NCBI GenBank assembly: GCA_043732185.1
Contig: JAYTHY010000112.1
Coordinates: 32,001 to 96,000, forward strand
Origin: Fibrobacteria bacterium
GTDB lineage: Bacteria > Fibrobacterota > Fibrobacteria > UBA11236
Length of the DNA stretch: 64,000 bases
Direction of reading: 5' to 3'
The notes below the pieces were generated by a model. The model was not told the origin of the DNA, made no database searches, and saw only the letters and a list, made by a program, of their open reading frames with translations. The position numbers and the translations under genes are program-made. Shown piece by piece: positions 20,845 through 30,278 of this stretch; within the stretch, counting starts at the first letter, position 1; every line of letters begins with the position of its first letter.

Positions 20845-21677
20845 GGTTCGGTCTCCAAAGGCATTTTGGAAACCGGGAAAAGCTGAAAATTCAATTGATA
20901 CACTCTATCATCTTGTCGATCCAGTTTGACCATTTGCAGCAACTCTTCACGGAAATCCTGAATACGCTTTTTAATTTGGTCGAAGCCCTTTTCAGAAATT
21001 CTCATTGTAACGGATGAAATTTCCCGGGCATGGGGTTCCACAGTATCAATGGACGCCTTCCCAAGATCGCTCATTTTTTTATGGAAGTTGCGTACCGCCA
21101 ATGACTGCACTTCTCGGTCCGTGTTGATCAAATCTGAAGTTTGCTCCATCCTGCCAGCTTTATTTATCCTGAGCAATTCCAAATCATGCAGCAGCTTTAG
21201 GGACTTCTTTACCTCTTTAGGAAGGATAGGTGGCGAAACCGACTCTGCAATGGTTTTAAGGTCGAGCTTGGCGGACTGGTACTTTACAATTTCACGTAAA
21301 ACCGGGTTGTACCATTTGTCGTAGTAATTGAATTTATCGGTGTGAATATTGACGATTTGGGATTTGGATCGGAAAGCTGCAATCAGGGCAAAAAAATAAT
21401 TCTTCTCGACATCGGATTTGGCCTGGTCGAAAAAAACGAGATAGGAAAAATATTGACCTTCTTTTTTACGTAGACCAAGGCCTGCTGAAATTTTTACCAG
21501 GCTATCTTTCCCGAGATTGCGCTTGCCTTGCATGACGAGCATTAAATAATTAGAAGAGACAAACCCCATTTGCTTCGCCATGGCGCGATACGTATATCCA
21601 TCATCTTTCGCCTTACGGAATTGATAATATTCGGTTAGAAAAAGCCGATAATCCAGAAAGTCAAAGATGGGTTTCAT
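20841..21677 (-). CDS. TIGR02147 family protein (N-terminal HTH + DUF4423-like domain)
   Basis: IFDFLDYRLFL..YY, VMQGKRNL, WYNPVLRE, REISSVT, VYQLNFQLFP; ATGA overlap with the downstream lipoprotein. Confidence 0.88.
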   Translation of the reverse strand: MKPIFDFLDYRLFLTEYYQFRKAKDDGYTYRAMAKQMGFVSSNYLMLVMQGKRNLGKDSLVKISAGLGLRKKEGQYFSYLVFFDQAKSDVEKNYFFALIAAFRSKSQIVNIHTDKFNYYDKWYNPVLREIVKYQSAKLDLKTIAESVSPPILPKEVKKSLKLLHDLELLRINKAGRMEQTSDLINTDREVQSLAVRNFHKKMSDLGKASIDTVEPHAREISSVTMRISEKGFDQIKKRIQDFREELLQMVKLDRQDDRVYQLNFQLFPVSKMPLETEP

Positions 21678-21893
21678 GTTTTATTTATCAAATCTGGAAC
21701 ACACGCCTTCATTTTCCCCTAAATATACTCATTGGAGAGTTTCCGAGTTAACCAATTAATCTCCACAGTTGGAGCTATTTGAGATATAGGATTTGGGAAT
21801 TTGGGGGCATAACACTGCCCCTGTTCAATTCGAGCGTGAAAATAAGCTGGTTTAAGCGGAACACAAAGGGAGGTGCCCGCTAGATTTCAATGT

Positions 21894-23285
21894 CTACTCC
21901 AATACCAATTTTTGTAGGCGCGTTTCCGACTTGGATTTAAACTGCACCAAATAGATCCCTTTAGCCAAAGGACCGTAATTAAAGGTCACCGGGTTTTTGT
22001 TGGAGGTCGATGAAGTCAGTAGTTTTCCCGTGGTGGAATATACCGCCAATTCACTCGGACCCTCTTTATGAAAAAAGGTTACAGTATGTTCCCTTAGGTT
22101 TTTGGTCATCCGATAGGACTCAGCCGGGGAATCCTGCTCCAATGTGCTAACGCCGGAGCAGCTAGTCGTTCCATTCTTAGTCTGTGTACTGAGCCAGGCA
22201 ACGCTGTCGATGGAATTCTGGTCCGCCCAAGTCACTACCGGTGCCGGAAGGTTACACATTCTGTTATAACCTATTTCCATGCCATACAACCCGTTCAAGG
22301 CGATAATCGAGGGAGGCAAATCAGTAATTTGATTTCTCGATAAAATCAACCGTTTCATCGCCGTTAACTTATTGATTTCAGTGGGAATGGTGGTGATTTG
22401 ATTTCCTTTAAGATTGAGCTCGGTCAGCTGAGTCATGCTCCAAAGAACGGAAGGCAAGGTAGTGATTTGGTTGTTGGCCAATAATAACTTGGTTAATTTC
22501 AATGCGCCTGAAATTTGCGTGGGAATGGCCGTAATTTTATTTCCTGAAAGATCCAATACAGTTAGCACAGTTCGAGTTGAAATAGTTGCAGGAATGCTGG
22601 TGATCAGGTTGTTCGCCAATTCCAAAGTCCAAAGCTGAGTGAAATTGAAAATGCCTGCGGGGATTTCCATAAGTTTATTGTCGCTTAGGTGTAAAATATT
22701 CAGATTTGCAATTCCACCGATTTCTACCGGAAGGGAGCTGATAACATTGTGGCTCAAGTCCAGGGTGTGAAAATATCCATTATCCAGTTGCTGAATTTCC
22801 TTTGGTACGGTAGTCAGTTTGTTTCCAGAAAGGGTTAACGCTTCGAGGGCGGTCCAGTTTCCAATGGTAGAAGGCACAGACGTAAGTGCGTTTCGATCTA
22901 GGGACACGATCTTGGTGGTATTTGCTCCCCAATTGCCTATTTCCGCGGGCAAGGTGGTTAGAAGCTTGTTATCCGTTATGACCACATTCCGGACGATATT
23001 AATCAACCCAATTGCAGCAGGTAAAGTGGTTATTTTAGTAAACCGAATGGTGAGGTCATGCAGCACCACTAGGCGGCCAATGTCGGCCGGAATAGTTGTA
23101 ATGTTGGAGTCCAGTATATTTAAAACCGTCACGCGGCCAGAAAGATTTGTTGCATCAGCCGGTTTAGGCCGGTTATTTGCCGCGAAAATGGCGGACACGG
23201 CGGCATCATCACAAGCTCGGTCTCCGCAGGCTTGACCGAATGAGGCACCCATGGCCAAAAGCATAATGGATAAAAGTATTTTCAT
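21894..23285 (-). CDS. Secreted leucine-rich repeat protein, paralog of 15711-17117
   Basis: CGDRACD cap, ~23-aa LRRs, shared YNR.C...W.DQNSID..AWL.TQT.NGT..CSGVST block, tail GIYLVQ. Confidence 0.9.
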   Translation of the reverse strand: MKILLSIMLLAMGASFGQACGDRACDDAAVSAIFAANNRPKPADATNLSGRVTVLNILDSNITTIPADIGRLVVLHDLTIRFTKITTLPAAIGLINIVRNVVITDNKLLTTLPAEIGNWGANTTKIVSLDRNALTSVPSTIGNWTALEALTLSGNKLTTVPKEIQQLDNGYFHTLDLSHNVISSLPVEIGGIANLNILHLSDNKLMEIPAGIFNFTQLWTLELANNLITSIPATISTRTVLTVLDLSGNKITAIPTQISGALKLTKLLLANNQITTLPSVLWSMTQLTELNLKGNQITTIPTEINKLTAMKRLILSRNQITDLPPSIIALNGLYGMEIGYNRMCNLPAPVVTWADQNSIDSVAWLSTQTKNGTTSCSGVSTLEQDSPAESYRMTKNLREHTVTFFHKEGPSELAVYSTTGKLLTSSTSNKNPVTFNYGPLAKGIYLVQFKSKSETRLQKLVLE

Positions 23286-23541
23286 GGCATCACCTTATTG
23301 TTGAATAGAAAAAAATCGCTCGGAATGAACCAAAGCTTGAATTCAGATTTGTTAAAAATACACCGGCTGTTCAAATTATGCTTATGGATTTCGAGAATTT
23401 ATTTGAGGAAATAATCGAATTAGTTAAAAAATTAAGAGGAAAAGAGATGTGAAATTGGGGGTAAGGTAATATATTCCAATTTATCTCCCTGCCAAAAGGG
23501 ATTAGAGGCTTTGAGTCTGTGTTCTAAACAAAGGGGTTTTC

Positions 23542-24711
23542 ATGAGTTTAAGTCATTTTTTGAAGCTGCGTGTGGTCCTTGTCGCAGCAATCCTCGGCTT
23601 CGCATCCGTTAGCTCGGGGCAGATCATTCGCGATGGGCAAAAAGTCCCTAAACTGAAAAAGGTGTTTGTGCTATCCAATGGCGGCCCGACTCATTGGCAT
23701 GAAACCGTAGCGCAGGGTGCCGAACTTGTAAAGTATTTCGGCCTCGGTAACAATCCTGACAGCCATTCGTTTGAAGTGTTTGATACCCCATCTCCTGCAG
23801 ATATAACTGCCGCGAATTTGAAGGGTGTCCAGTGCTTGGTTATGAACAATGTCTCTGGAGTTGGAGTCCTTTTGAATGCATCTCAAAAGGCGGTCATACA
23901 GGCGTTTATAACTGCGGGTGGCGGAACCGCCGGATGGCATGCCACGACCGATACAGGTGGACCCGGATCCTGGCCTTGGTTCATAAACTGGATCAGCACA
24001 ACTTATGTGGGCAGCGCAAATTGGGTACCTGCAACTATGACTCGCTCGACTTTATCTCACGATGCCAAGTACGCGGATATCATGGGTAAGATTCCGGATT
24101 CCTTTTTGATGGAATCCGAGGAATGGTATCAGTACGCGAATCCGGCTCCGGAAGACAACGTCAACAATAAAGTGCTGCTAAGTGTCGATCCCAAGATGGT
24201 CAGCTCCACACATAAAACCCTTCCCTATGTTTGGATCAATGACAGTGAAATGGGTGGTCGCTTTTGGGAATCCGGATTTGGCCATCTGCAAACCATTCTA
24301 GCACGAGCTGACGTGCAGGAAATGATTTATCGTGGAATTACCTGGGCCGGTGGGGGCTGGGACTTGGCTGGTTGTATGACCAAAGCCGCCACAAATTACA
24401 ATTCTGCCGCAACCGTTGCGTGTACCAATTGCTGCCAGGGTGTTACTGGGATTGAGATTCAGAGTAACTCGGAACTCCATGCTAAAGATGTTGATTTCTC
24501 GGAGAAACTGGCAGTGGATTTTTCGGTCACAATCAATGGAGCAGGCAAACATACCATACGCATTTATGATGTTGGTGGTAAACTGGTTGCCATGAAACAA
24601 AACAACCATCCAATGCGTTATGAGTTTCCAGAGGTGGCCAAAGCTGGAATCTACTTCGTGAAGGTGACAACAGCCAATAAGACTGTAACGAAAAGAGTTG
24701 AGCGCTTCTAA
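23542..24711 (+). CDS. Secreted ThuA-like domain protein with C-terminal sorting-like domain
   Basis: AFITAGGGTAGWHATTD, EEWY, GRFWESGFGH; Cys motif GCM...NYN..A...C; tail GIYFVKV. Confidence 0.8.
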   Translation: MSLSHFLKLRVVLVAAILGFASVSSGQIIRDGQKVPKLKKVFVLSNGGPTHWHETVAQGAELVKYFGLGNNPDSHSFEVFDTPSPADITAANLKGVQCLVMNNVSGVGVLLNASQKAVIQAFITAGGGTAGWHATTDTGGPGSWPWFINWISTTYVGSANWVPATMTRSTLSHDAKYADIMGKIPDSFLMESEEWYQYANPAPEDNVNNKVLLSVDPKMVSSTHKTLPYVWINDSEMGGRFWESGFGHLQTILARADVQEMIYRGITWAGGGWDLAGCMTKAATNYNSAATVACTNCCQGVTGIEIQSNSELHAKDVDFSEKLAVDFSVTINGAGKHTIRIYDVGGKLVAMKQNNHPMRYEFPEVAKAGIYFVKVTTANKTVTKRVERF

Positions 24712-24732
24712 TTGGAAGTTTAATTTTTTGAG

Positions 24733-24764
24733 AAGGGAGGGCGAATAGCCCTCCCTTGTTGTTT
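24733..24764 (+). terminator. Intrinsic terminator
   Basis: AAGGGAGGGC-GAATA-GCCCTCCCTT perfect 10-bp stem followed by GTTGTTT. Confidence 0.75.
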
Positions 24765-24814
24765 GAATTCATAGATTTGAAACCAGATTTCAGAAACAGA
24801 ATAAGGGATGACAT

Positions 24815-26563
24815 ATGTTTTTTAAAGGACAAGTTGCCGTAATAGCTGGCTTATTTTCTGTCTATTCTGCTTGGGCAGAATTGGATGTCAAACGGGAGCC
24901 GTTAAAAACGGGTGCGGCATGGGAGTTCGGCCAAGTCATCAAGGGCAAGGATCGAGACGAAGTAATCGCGGACGTAAAGGCCGCCCCTTTCAGCCGTTTA
25001 GGCGTCTCCTTGACGCAAAGCCTAGTAGCAAACAATGATTTTGAAATGTCGGTTGGCGTTGGTGGTATTTTTTGGAATCCTTTCCCCAATCGAGCTTCTG
25101 CGGCATTCACCGTAAATACCCAGTTTGGTCCTGGTATTACTCAAGCCACCGGGAAATACCATTTTGGTCTTGAGGAGAAGAAGAACTTTTACCTGCAATT
25201 TGGCTTCTTTCCAATGAAATACAACAAAGATGCCGCAAATCTTGGAGAATATCTCTTTCGTTCCTCTACGTATCCCGGCTTGGTTTTCACCGGTGGCCCG
25301 GGGAGCTGGAGTTTTGTTAATGGGGCATTCTATATGGCGCAAGGCGCTCGATTGCATTGGGACGCCTTTGATGGCAAGCTCGCCCAAGATTTGACCCTTT
25401 TCTTTGAAAGGGATTATGCGCCCATGTTCGATTTGACCCCGAGCTATATCGTCACTTTTAAACCTTGGGAAGCCTTACAACTCGGAGCCGGGGCATCCTA
25501 CAACCACTTGATCCCCATGAAACCCAGCAGGGTAAGGCCCAAGCGCGATGCAAATCACCTTGTCACTTTTGAAGGGCTCCCCGCAAATAGTGCGGTGTAC
25601 TCCGTAAACAGTTCTTCCGGTGTGGCGGTACTAGACACTGTAAGGCCGGCTTTTGCAGGGGGACATCTTCAGGGGATGTGGCAAGACCTGCAGGAATATG
25701 CGTATACCGACTCTGCCGGCCTTGATATTTTAAAGGCTAAGCGGTATGAAAATTCCCTTTGGACACCGAATATGGATGCGTCCTTACACTATTTAACTCA
25801 AGATTCAAAGCCGACGGCTAAGAAGTATTTCGATCAGGTTCGGGGTACTTATTTAGCTGCGGACAGTGTCCCCACAGTTAATGAAAATCTCTGGTGGGAT
25901 AAAGTCAATAAAAAATTCGTAGTAGAATCCTCGGTAACAAAGGGAAGCCCGAACTTTGATTCCTTAGGCGTGAAGGAATATGTGCGCTCCACCGAAGATC
26001 AGTATCTCGATGGGCCGTATGTCCATCCCCGAGAGGATTATTATTTCACTTACCAAGGCATCAAAATGATGTTTATGGCCTCACTGGATTTCAAATCCTT
26101 GCTTGGAAATCCAAAAATATTTGGCCCCGAGGATCTCAAGATATTTGGCGAATTGGGGGTTTTGGGTTTGCAAAATCAGCCATTGTTCTACACGGATGTA
26201 AAACAACGGGCCCCTTTGATGTTCGGAATGAACCTACCCGCATTCAAAATGCTTGATTTGGTCTCGTTGCAGTTTGAGTACTATAACAATCCTTGGCCCA
26301 ATGACAGCCGGAATTTGGTCTATAGCCTGCTCCCAACTTACGACTTGGTTGGTAAAAAAGCCGAAACCTTTAAACCCATCCATGCTGATGACTGGCACTG
26401 GTCCTTGTTGACCAAGAAAAAATGGGCGTATGGCATGATTTACCTACAGGTGGCCAGCGATTATTTGAGGACAAATACCTACACCTCAGTCCCTACTTTT
26501 TTACCGATTACCGACCGCTTTAAACAGTGGTATTATGCGGCACGTTTTGAAATTGGGATATAG
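24815..26563 (+). CDS. Putative outer-membrane beta-barrel protein, uncharacterised family
   Basis: Signal peptide, alternating amphipathic strands, aromatic-rich C-terminal strand WYYAARFEIGI. Confidence 0.65.
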   Translation: MFFKGQVAVIAGLFSVYSAWAELDVKREPLKTGAAWEFGQVIKGKDRDEVIADVKAAPFSRLGVSLTQSLVANNDFEMSVGVGGIFWNPFPNRASAAFTVNTQFGPGITQATGKYHFGLEEKKNFYLQFGFFPMKYNKDAANLGEYLFRSSTYPGLVFTGGPGSWSFVNGAFYMAQGARLHWDAFDGKLAQDLTLFFERDYAPMFDLTPSYIVTFKPWEALQLGAGASYNHLIPMKPSRVRPKRDANHLVTFEGLPANSAVYSVNSSSGVAVLDTVRPAFAGGHLQGMWQDLQEYAYTDSAGLDILKAKRYENSLWTPNMDASLHYLTQDSKPTAKKYFDQVRGTYLAADSVPTVNENLWWDKVNKKFVVESSVTKGSPNFDSLGVKEYVRSTEDQYLDGPYVHPREDYYFTYQGIKMMFMASLDFKSLLGNPKIFGPEDLKIFGELGVLGLQNQPLFYTDVKQRAPLMFGMNLPAFKMLDLVSLQFEYYNNPWPNDSRNLVYSLLPTYDLVGKKAETFKPIHADDWHWSLLTKKKWAYGMIYLQVASDYLRTNTYTSVPTFLPITDRFKQWYYAARFEIGI

Positions 26564-26605
26564 ATTATAGCCAAAAGTGCCCAGTCCATTTTAGGGGAGA
26601 ATTCC

Positions 26606-28378
26606 ATGCGTTCAAAACGATTTCATTCCACAGCATTGTGGTTGGGTTTAGGTTTGCAGTTAGCGGCTACTGCAGCCTTCTCGCAGGTTAAGTTTTCCTT
26701 CTCAAGCTTGGCGCATCCCGGCTTTGATAATTACGACATTCTGCCTCCTACATGGGTAGTGGACCAGGAAAACGTCAATTCGATCGGTGCCATCGCGTTA
26801 CTGCCGGATGGCCGCATGGTCACAACAGTTTATAAAGGAGGCGCCAGCGCCACCAACAGAAATGGTCAAGCTTTCATTCTTTCCGGTGTTGTGACTGGGA
26901 CGAAGCGATCCGATATTACGGTAACTCCCTTAACCGGTGGGTTGCGTGAGCCCCTTGGTGTTGCTGTGGTAAACGGTGCCATTTATGTGGTTGAAAAGGA
27001 TCGGCTGGGCAAATTCTCTCCCAACGGAGCGAACTGGACCTATTCCGTTGAATATGACAAAGCCAATCCAGTGGGTGTCAAAGACTTCTACCATTGGTTT
27101 TCCATGGGACTTGTTTACTATCAAGGCAAATTCAACTGGACGTTGGGGGGATTCACCCAATACAGTGAATTTGTGGATCCTGAGCCCCAAAAACACGGCA
27201 CTTGGGTTCAATACGATCCCGTCACCAAAACTCACGAGTTTTTGGTGCACGGGCTTCGCAATACAGGAGGAACGGCATTAGGCCCTGAAGGCACCATTTG
27301 CACCACTGACAATCAAGGCGAGTGGGAACCATCAGATAAATTTATCTGTATGGAAAAAGGTTTATGGTATGGCTGGGATGGCCCTGCTTCACTAACCAAG
27401 TTGCCGGGCCAAGTTGAGAGCCCTCCAACTGCTTGGGGCGCACATGATGAAATCACCAATTCCTTAGGTCAATCTGTTTTGATTCCCAAGGGAAAATACG
27501 CGGGTCAAATGTTTGTAACGGATTTGAACAATGGTGTTGTCAATCGAGTCTTTATGGAAAAAGTCAATGGGCATTGGCAGGGCGCGTTCACCTTTTTAAC
27601 CGGTGGTTTTAAAGCCGGCGTTTATCGCATTCTTTTGACTCCGGATAGTACAAATCTAATCTTAGCTGGAGTGGGAGGTTGGGGTGGATGGCGTTACCTT
27701 GATAACGCACCAGCCTATGCATGCCTTCATAAATTGGTACCGAATAACAAGCCTGTTTTAGAAATTCTTGCAGTTCGTTCTTTGAGCAACACCAAAATGG
27801 AAGTGGAATTTACCGAACCTGTAAATCCATCCGCTGCCCTTGGAGCTGGATATAAGATTACCAGCTGGAAAAACATCGCGAACTCCGGTTACGGTGGGGG
27901 TCGAAACTCCCTTCCCCTGACGCACACGGTTACAAACGTCAGCCTTTCTGCCGATAATTTAAGAGCTACACTTACCATTTCAGGATTGGAAGCGGGTCGA
28001 ATTGTCCGCGTCTTTGTAAATCCATCAGTCAAGGCCCTGAGTGGGGATACGCTATGGTTCAAATATTCCGATTACACCATGAACAATTTTGGCCCCGCCG
28101 AGGTTGTCTCCCTTAAACGCATGCTAGGTGGCAATGAGGTTAAGCCGTTCCTGTATGGCCTACACAAAAACCGAAATGGCGTGGAGCTGAAAATGGCTAC
28201 AGCCGGAAGCTATTCCGTTGAAACCTGGAACATGCAGGGAGTGCGGTTGGGAAGCATCCGTAAAGAGGGCCCGTTCAACCTGACCCTAACGCGGGAATCT
28301 TTAGGGACTGGCGTTTATATGCTGCACATCCAAAATCAGGCCGGAGAGACTGTTTCGGAAAAGATTTCGATGCTTTAG
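26606..28378 (+). CDS. Secreted beta-propeller protein (sugar/sorbosone dehydrogenase-like fold) + Ig-like + sorting-like tail; tandem copy 1
   Basis: Signal peptide; LPDGRM, LREPLG, GLRN.GG, DNQGEW.P, HWQGA, EVEFTEP; tail GVYML. Confidence 0.75.
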   Translation: MRSKRFHSTALWLGLGLQLAATAAFSQVKFSFSSLAHPGFDNYDILPPTWVVDQENVNSIGAIALLPDGRMVTTVYKGGASATNRNGQAFILSGVVTGTKRSDITVTPLTGGLREPLGVAVVNGAIYVVEKDRLGKFSPNGANWTYSVEYDKANPVGVKDFYHWFSMGLVYYQGKFNWTLGGFTQYSEFVDPEPQKHGTWVQYDPVTKTHEFLVHGLRNTGGTALGPEGTICTTDNQGEWEPSDKFICMEKGLWYGWDGPASLTKLPGQVESPPTAWGAHDEITNSLGQSVLIPKGKYAGQMFVTDLNNGVVNRVFMEKVNGHWQGAFTFLTGGFKAGVYRILLTPDSTNLILAGVGGWGGWRYLDNAPAYACLHKLVPNNKPVLEILAVRSLSNTKMEVEFTEPVNPSAALGAGYKITSWKNIANSGYGGGRNSLPLTHTVTNVSLSADNLRATLTISGLEAGRIVRVFVNPSVKALSGDTLWFKYSDYTMNNFGPAEVVSLKRMLGGNEVKPFLYGLHKNRNGVELKMATAGSYSVETWNMQGVRLGSIRKEGPFNLTLTRESLGTGVYMLHIQNQAGETVSEKISML

Positions 28379-28388
28379 GCACCACTGA

Positions 28389-28433
28389 AAAAAGTGGTAT
28401 TGTACAGCCTAGATTGAATTTGGGATATAGATT
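28389..28433 (+). pseudogene. Decayed remnant of the last 14 codons of the barrel gene 24815-26563
   Basis: 35/45 nt identical to 26522-26566 by hand alignment; KKWYCTA*IEFGI* versus KQWYYAARFEIGI*. Confidence 0.75.
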
Positions 28434-28470
28434 TAGGTCTATAGTCTAATTTTTCTAGGGGGCGAAGCTT

Positions 28471-30243
28471 ATGCAGTCAAGACCATTTCATTTCATTTAC
28501 ATGTGGTTAGGTCTCATCTTGCAGTTGACGGTGACAGCCACGTATTCAGACAAGTTTTCTTTTTCTCATTCCATTCACCCCGGTTTCGACAATTATGACA
28601 TTTTGCCGCCCACTTGGGTTGTGGATAAAGATGGGGTAAATCCGATTGGTGCCATTGCCCTGTTGCCGGATGGCCGAATGGTCACGACTACCTGGACAAG
28701 TAAAACGGGTTCAAATGGTAGAAACGGGCAAGCATTTATTTTATCCGGAGTTTTAACTGCAACAACACGGGCTGGAATAACGGTGACCACTCTCCCAACT
28801 TCCTTGCGCGAACCACTAGGGATGACCATTGTCAATGGATCAATCTATGTCGTCGAAAAAGATCGACTGGGAAAGTTCACGCCCAATGGGGCGAACTGGA
28901 CCTACTCAGTTGAATATGACAAAGCCAATGCAGTCGCGTTTCAAAATTACGGGCACTGGTTTTCCATGGGACTTATTTATTATCAAGGTAAATTCAATTG
29001 GACTTTAGGGGGATTCCATGATTATGGAAACTATATCGACTCGAACCCAGAAAGACACGGGACCTGGGTACAGTATGATCCCACCACCAAGACGCATGAA
29101 TTCATGGTCTACGGCATGCGCAATACGGGCGGAACATCACTCGGGCCAGATGGAACTATTTGCACTACCGACAATCAAGGTGACTGGGAACCCTCCGATA
29201 AATTTATTTGTATGGAAAAAGGAAATTGGTACGGGTTTGATGGACCAACGGCTCCCATGCGGAGAACGGGACAACCTGAAAGTCCTCCCACAGTCTGGGG
29301 GCCACATGATGAAATTACCAATTCAATGGGTGATGCTATCCTGATGCCTAAGGGCAAATATGCGGGTCAAATGTTTATTACCGATTTGACGAATGGCGTT
29401 ATCAATCGAATCTTCTTAGAAAAGGTCCGAGGCCATTGGCAGGGCGCATTCACCTTTGTGACCGCAGGTTTTAAGGCCGGACCTTATCGAATCATTTTGG
29501 CCCCGGATAGTACTACGCTTATCGTGGGATGTACCGGTGGTGGTGGTGGTGGTTGGAAATATTTAGATACTGCGCAAGCCTATTCAGGTCTGCACAAATT
29601 GGTGCCCAACAATAAGCCGGTATTGGAAATTCTTGCCGTGCGTTCCATGAGCAATACCAAAATGGAGGTGCAGTTTACTGAGCCGGTTAATCCGGCCGCC
29701 GCCCTTGCGGCCGGTTACACTGTAACCAGTTGGAAAAACATACCCGGTCCAGGATATGGGCAAGGGAGAAACTCGCTTCCCTTGACGCATGCCATTACCA
29801 ACGTGACTCTTTCAGCTGATAATCTAAAGGCAACTTTAACACTCACAGGTTTGGAAATGGGGCGCATCGTTCGAATCTTTGTGAATCCAACGGTTAAAGC
29901 GCTCAACGGGGATACCCTTTGGTTCAAATATTCTGATTACACCCTGACAAACTATGGTCCCGCGGAAGTTGTTTCCTTGAAGCGCATGCTTAGTGGTAAT
30001 GAAGTGAAGCCATTCCAGTACGCGTTGCACAAAATTCGCAATGGAGTGGAATTGAAAATGTCGACTTCGGGTGCTTTTGTAGTTGAAGCGTGGACAATGC
30101 AGGGCACCCAAATAACAAGCATAAGCAAAGCGGGTCCATTTGGCTTAACGCTGACTCGAGAAGCCGTGGGAACAGGTGTGTTTATGCTACGCATCAAGAA
30201 TGAAGCAGGCCTGGCACTTTCCGAAAAAGTATCGATGCTTTAA
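28471..30243 (+). CDS. Secreted beta-propeller protein, tandem copy 2
   Basis: Colinear with copy 1 over the full length (590 aa each). Confidence 0.75.
   Translation: MQSRPFHFIYMWLGLILQLTVTATYSDKFSFSHSIHPGFDNYDILPPTWVVDKDGVNPIGAIALLPDGRMVTTTWTSKTGSNGRNGQAFILSGVLTATTRAGITVTTLPTSLREPLGMTIVNGSIYVVEKDRLGKFTPNGANWTYSVEYDKANAVAFQNYGHWFSMGLIYYQGKFNWTLGGFHDYGNYIDSNPERHGTWVQYDPTTKTHEFMVYGMRNTGGTSLGPDGTICTTDNQGDWEPSDKFICMEKGNWYGFDGPTAPMRRTGQPESPPTVWGPHDEITNSMGDAILMPKGKYAGQMFITDLTNGVINRIFLEKVRGHWQGAFTFVTAGFKAGPYRIILAPDSTTLIVGCTGGGGGGWKYLDTAQAYSGLHKLVPNNKPVLEILAVRSMSNTKMEVQFTEPVNPAAALAAGYTVTSWKNIPGPGYGQGRNSLPLTHAITNVTLSADNLKATLTLTGLEMGRIVRIFVNPTVKALNGDTLWFKYSDYTLTNYGPAEVVSLKRMLSGNEVKPFQYALHKIRNGVELKMSTSGAFVVEAWTMQGTQITSISKAGPFGLTLTREAVGTGVFMLRIKNEAGLALSEKVSML
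29536..29553 (+). repeat. (GGT)6 trinucleotide repeat encoding Gly6
   Basis: GGTGGTGGTGGTGGTGGT within a variable loop of copy 2. Confidence 0.8.
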
Positions 30244-30278
30244 AAATTTTCTTTTAAGTATTAACAAAGGTAAAAGCA

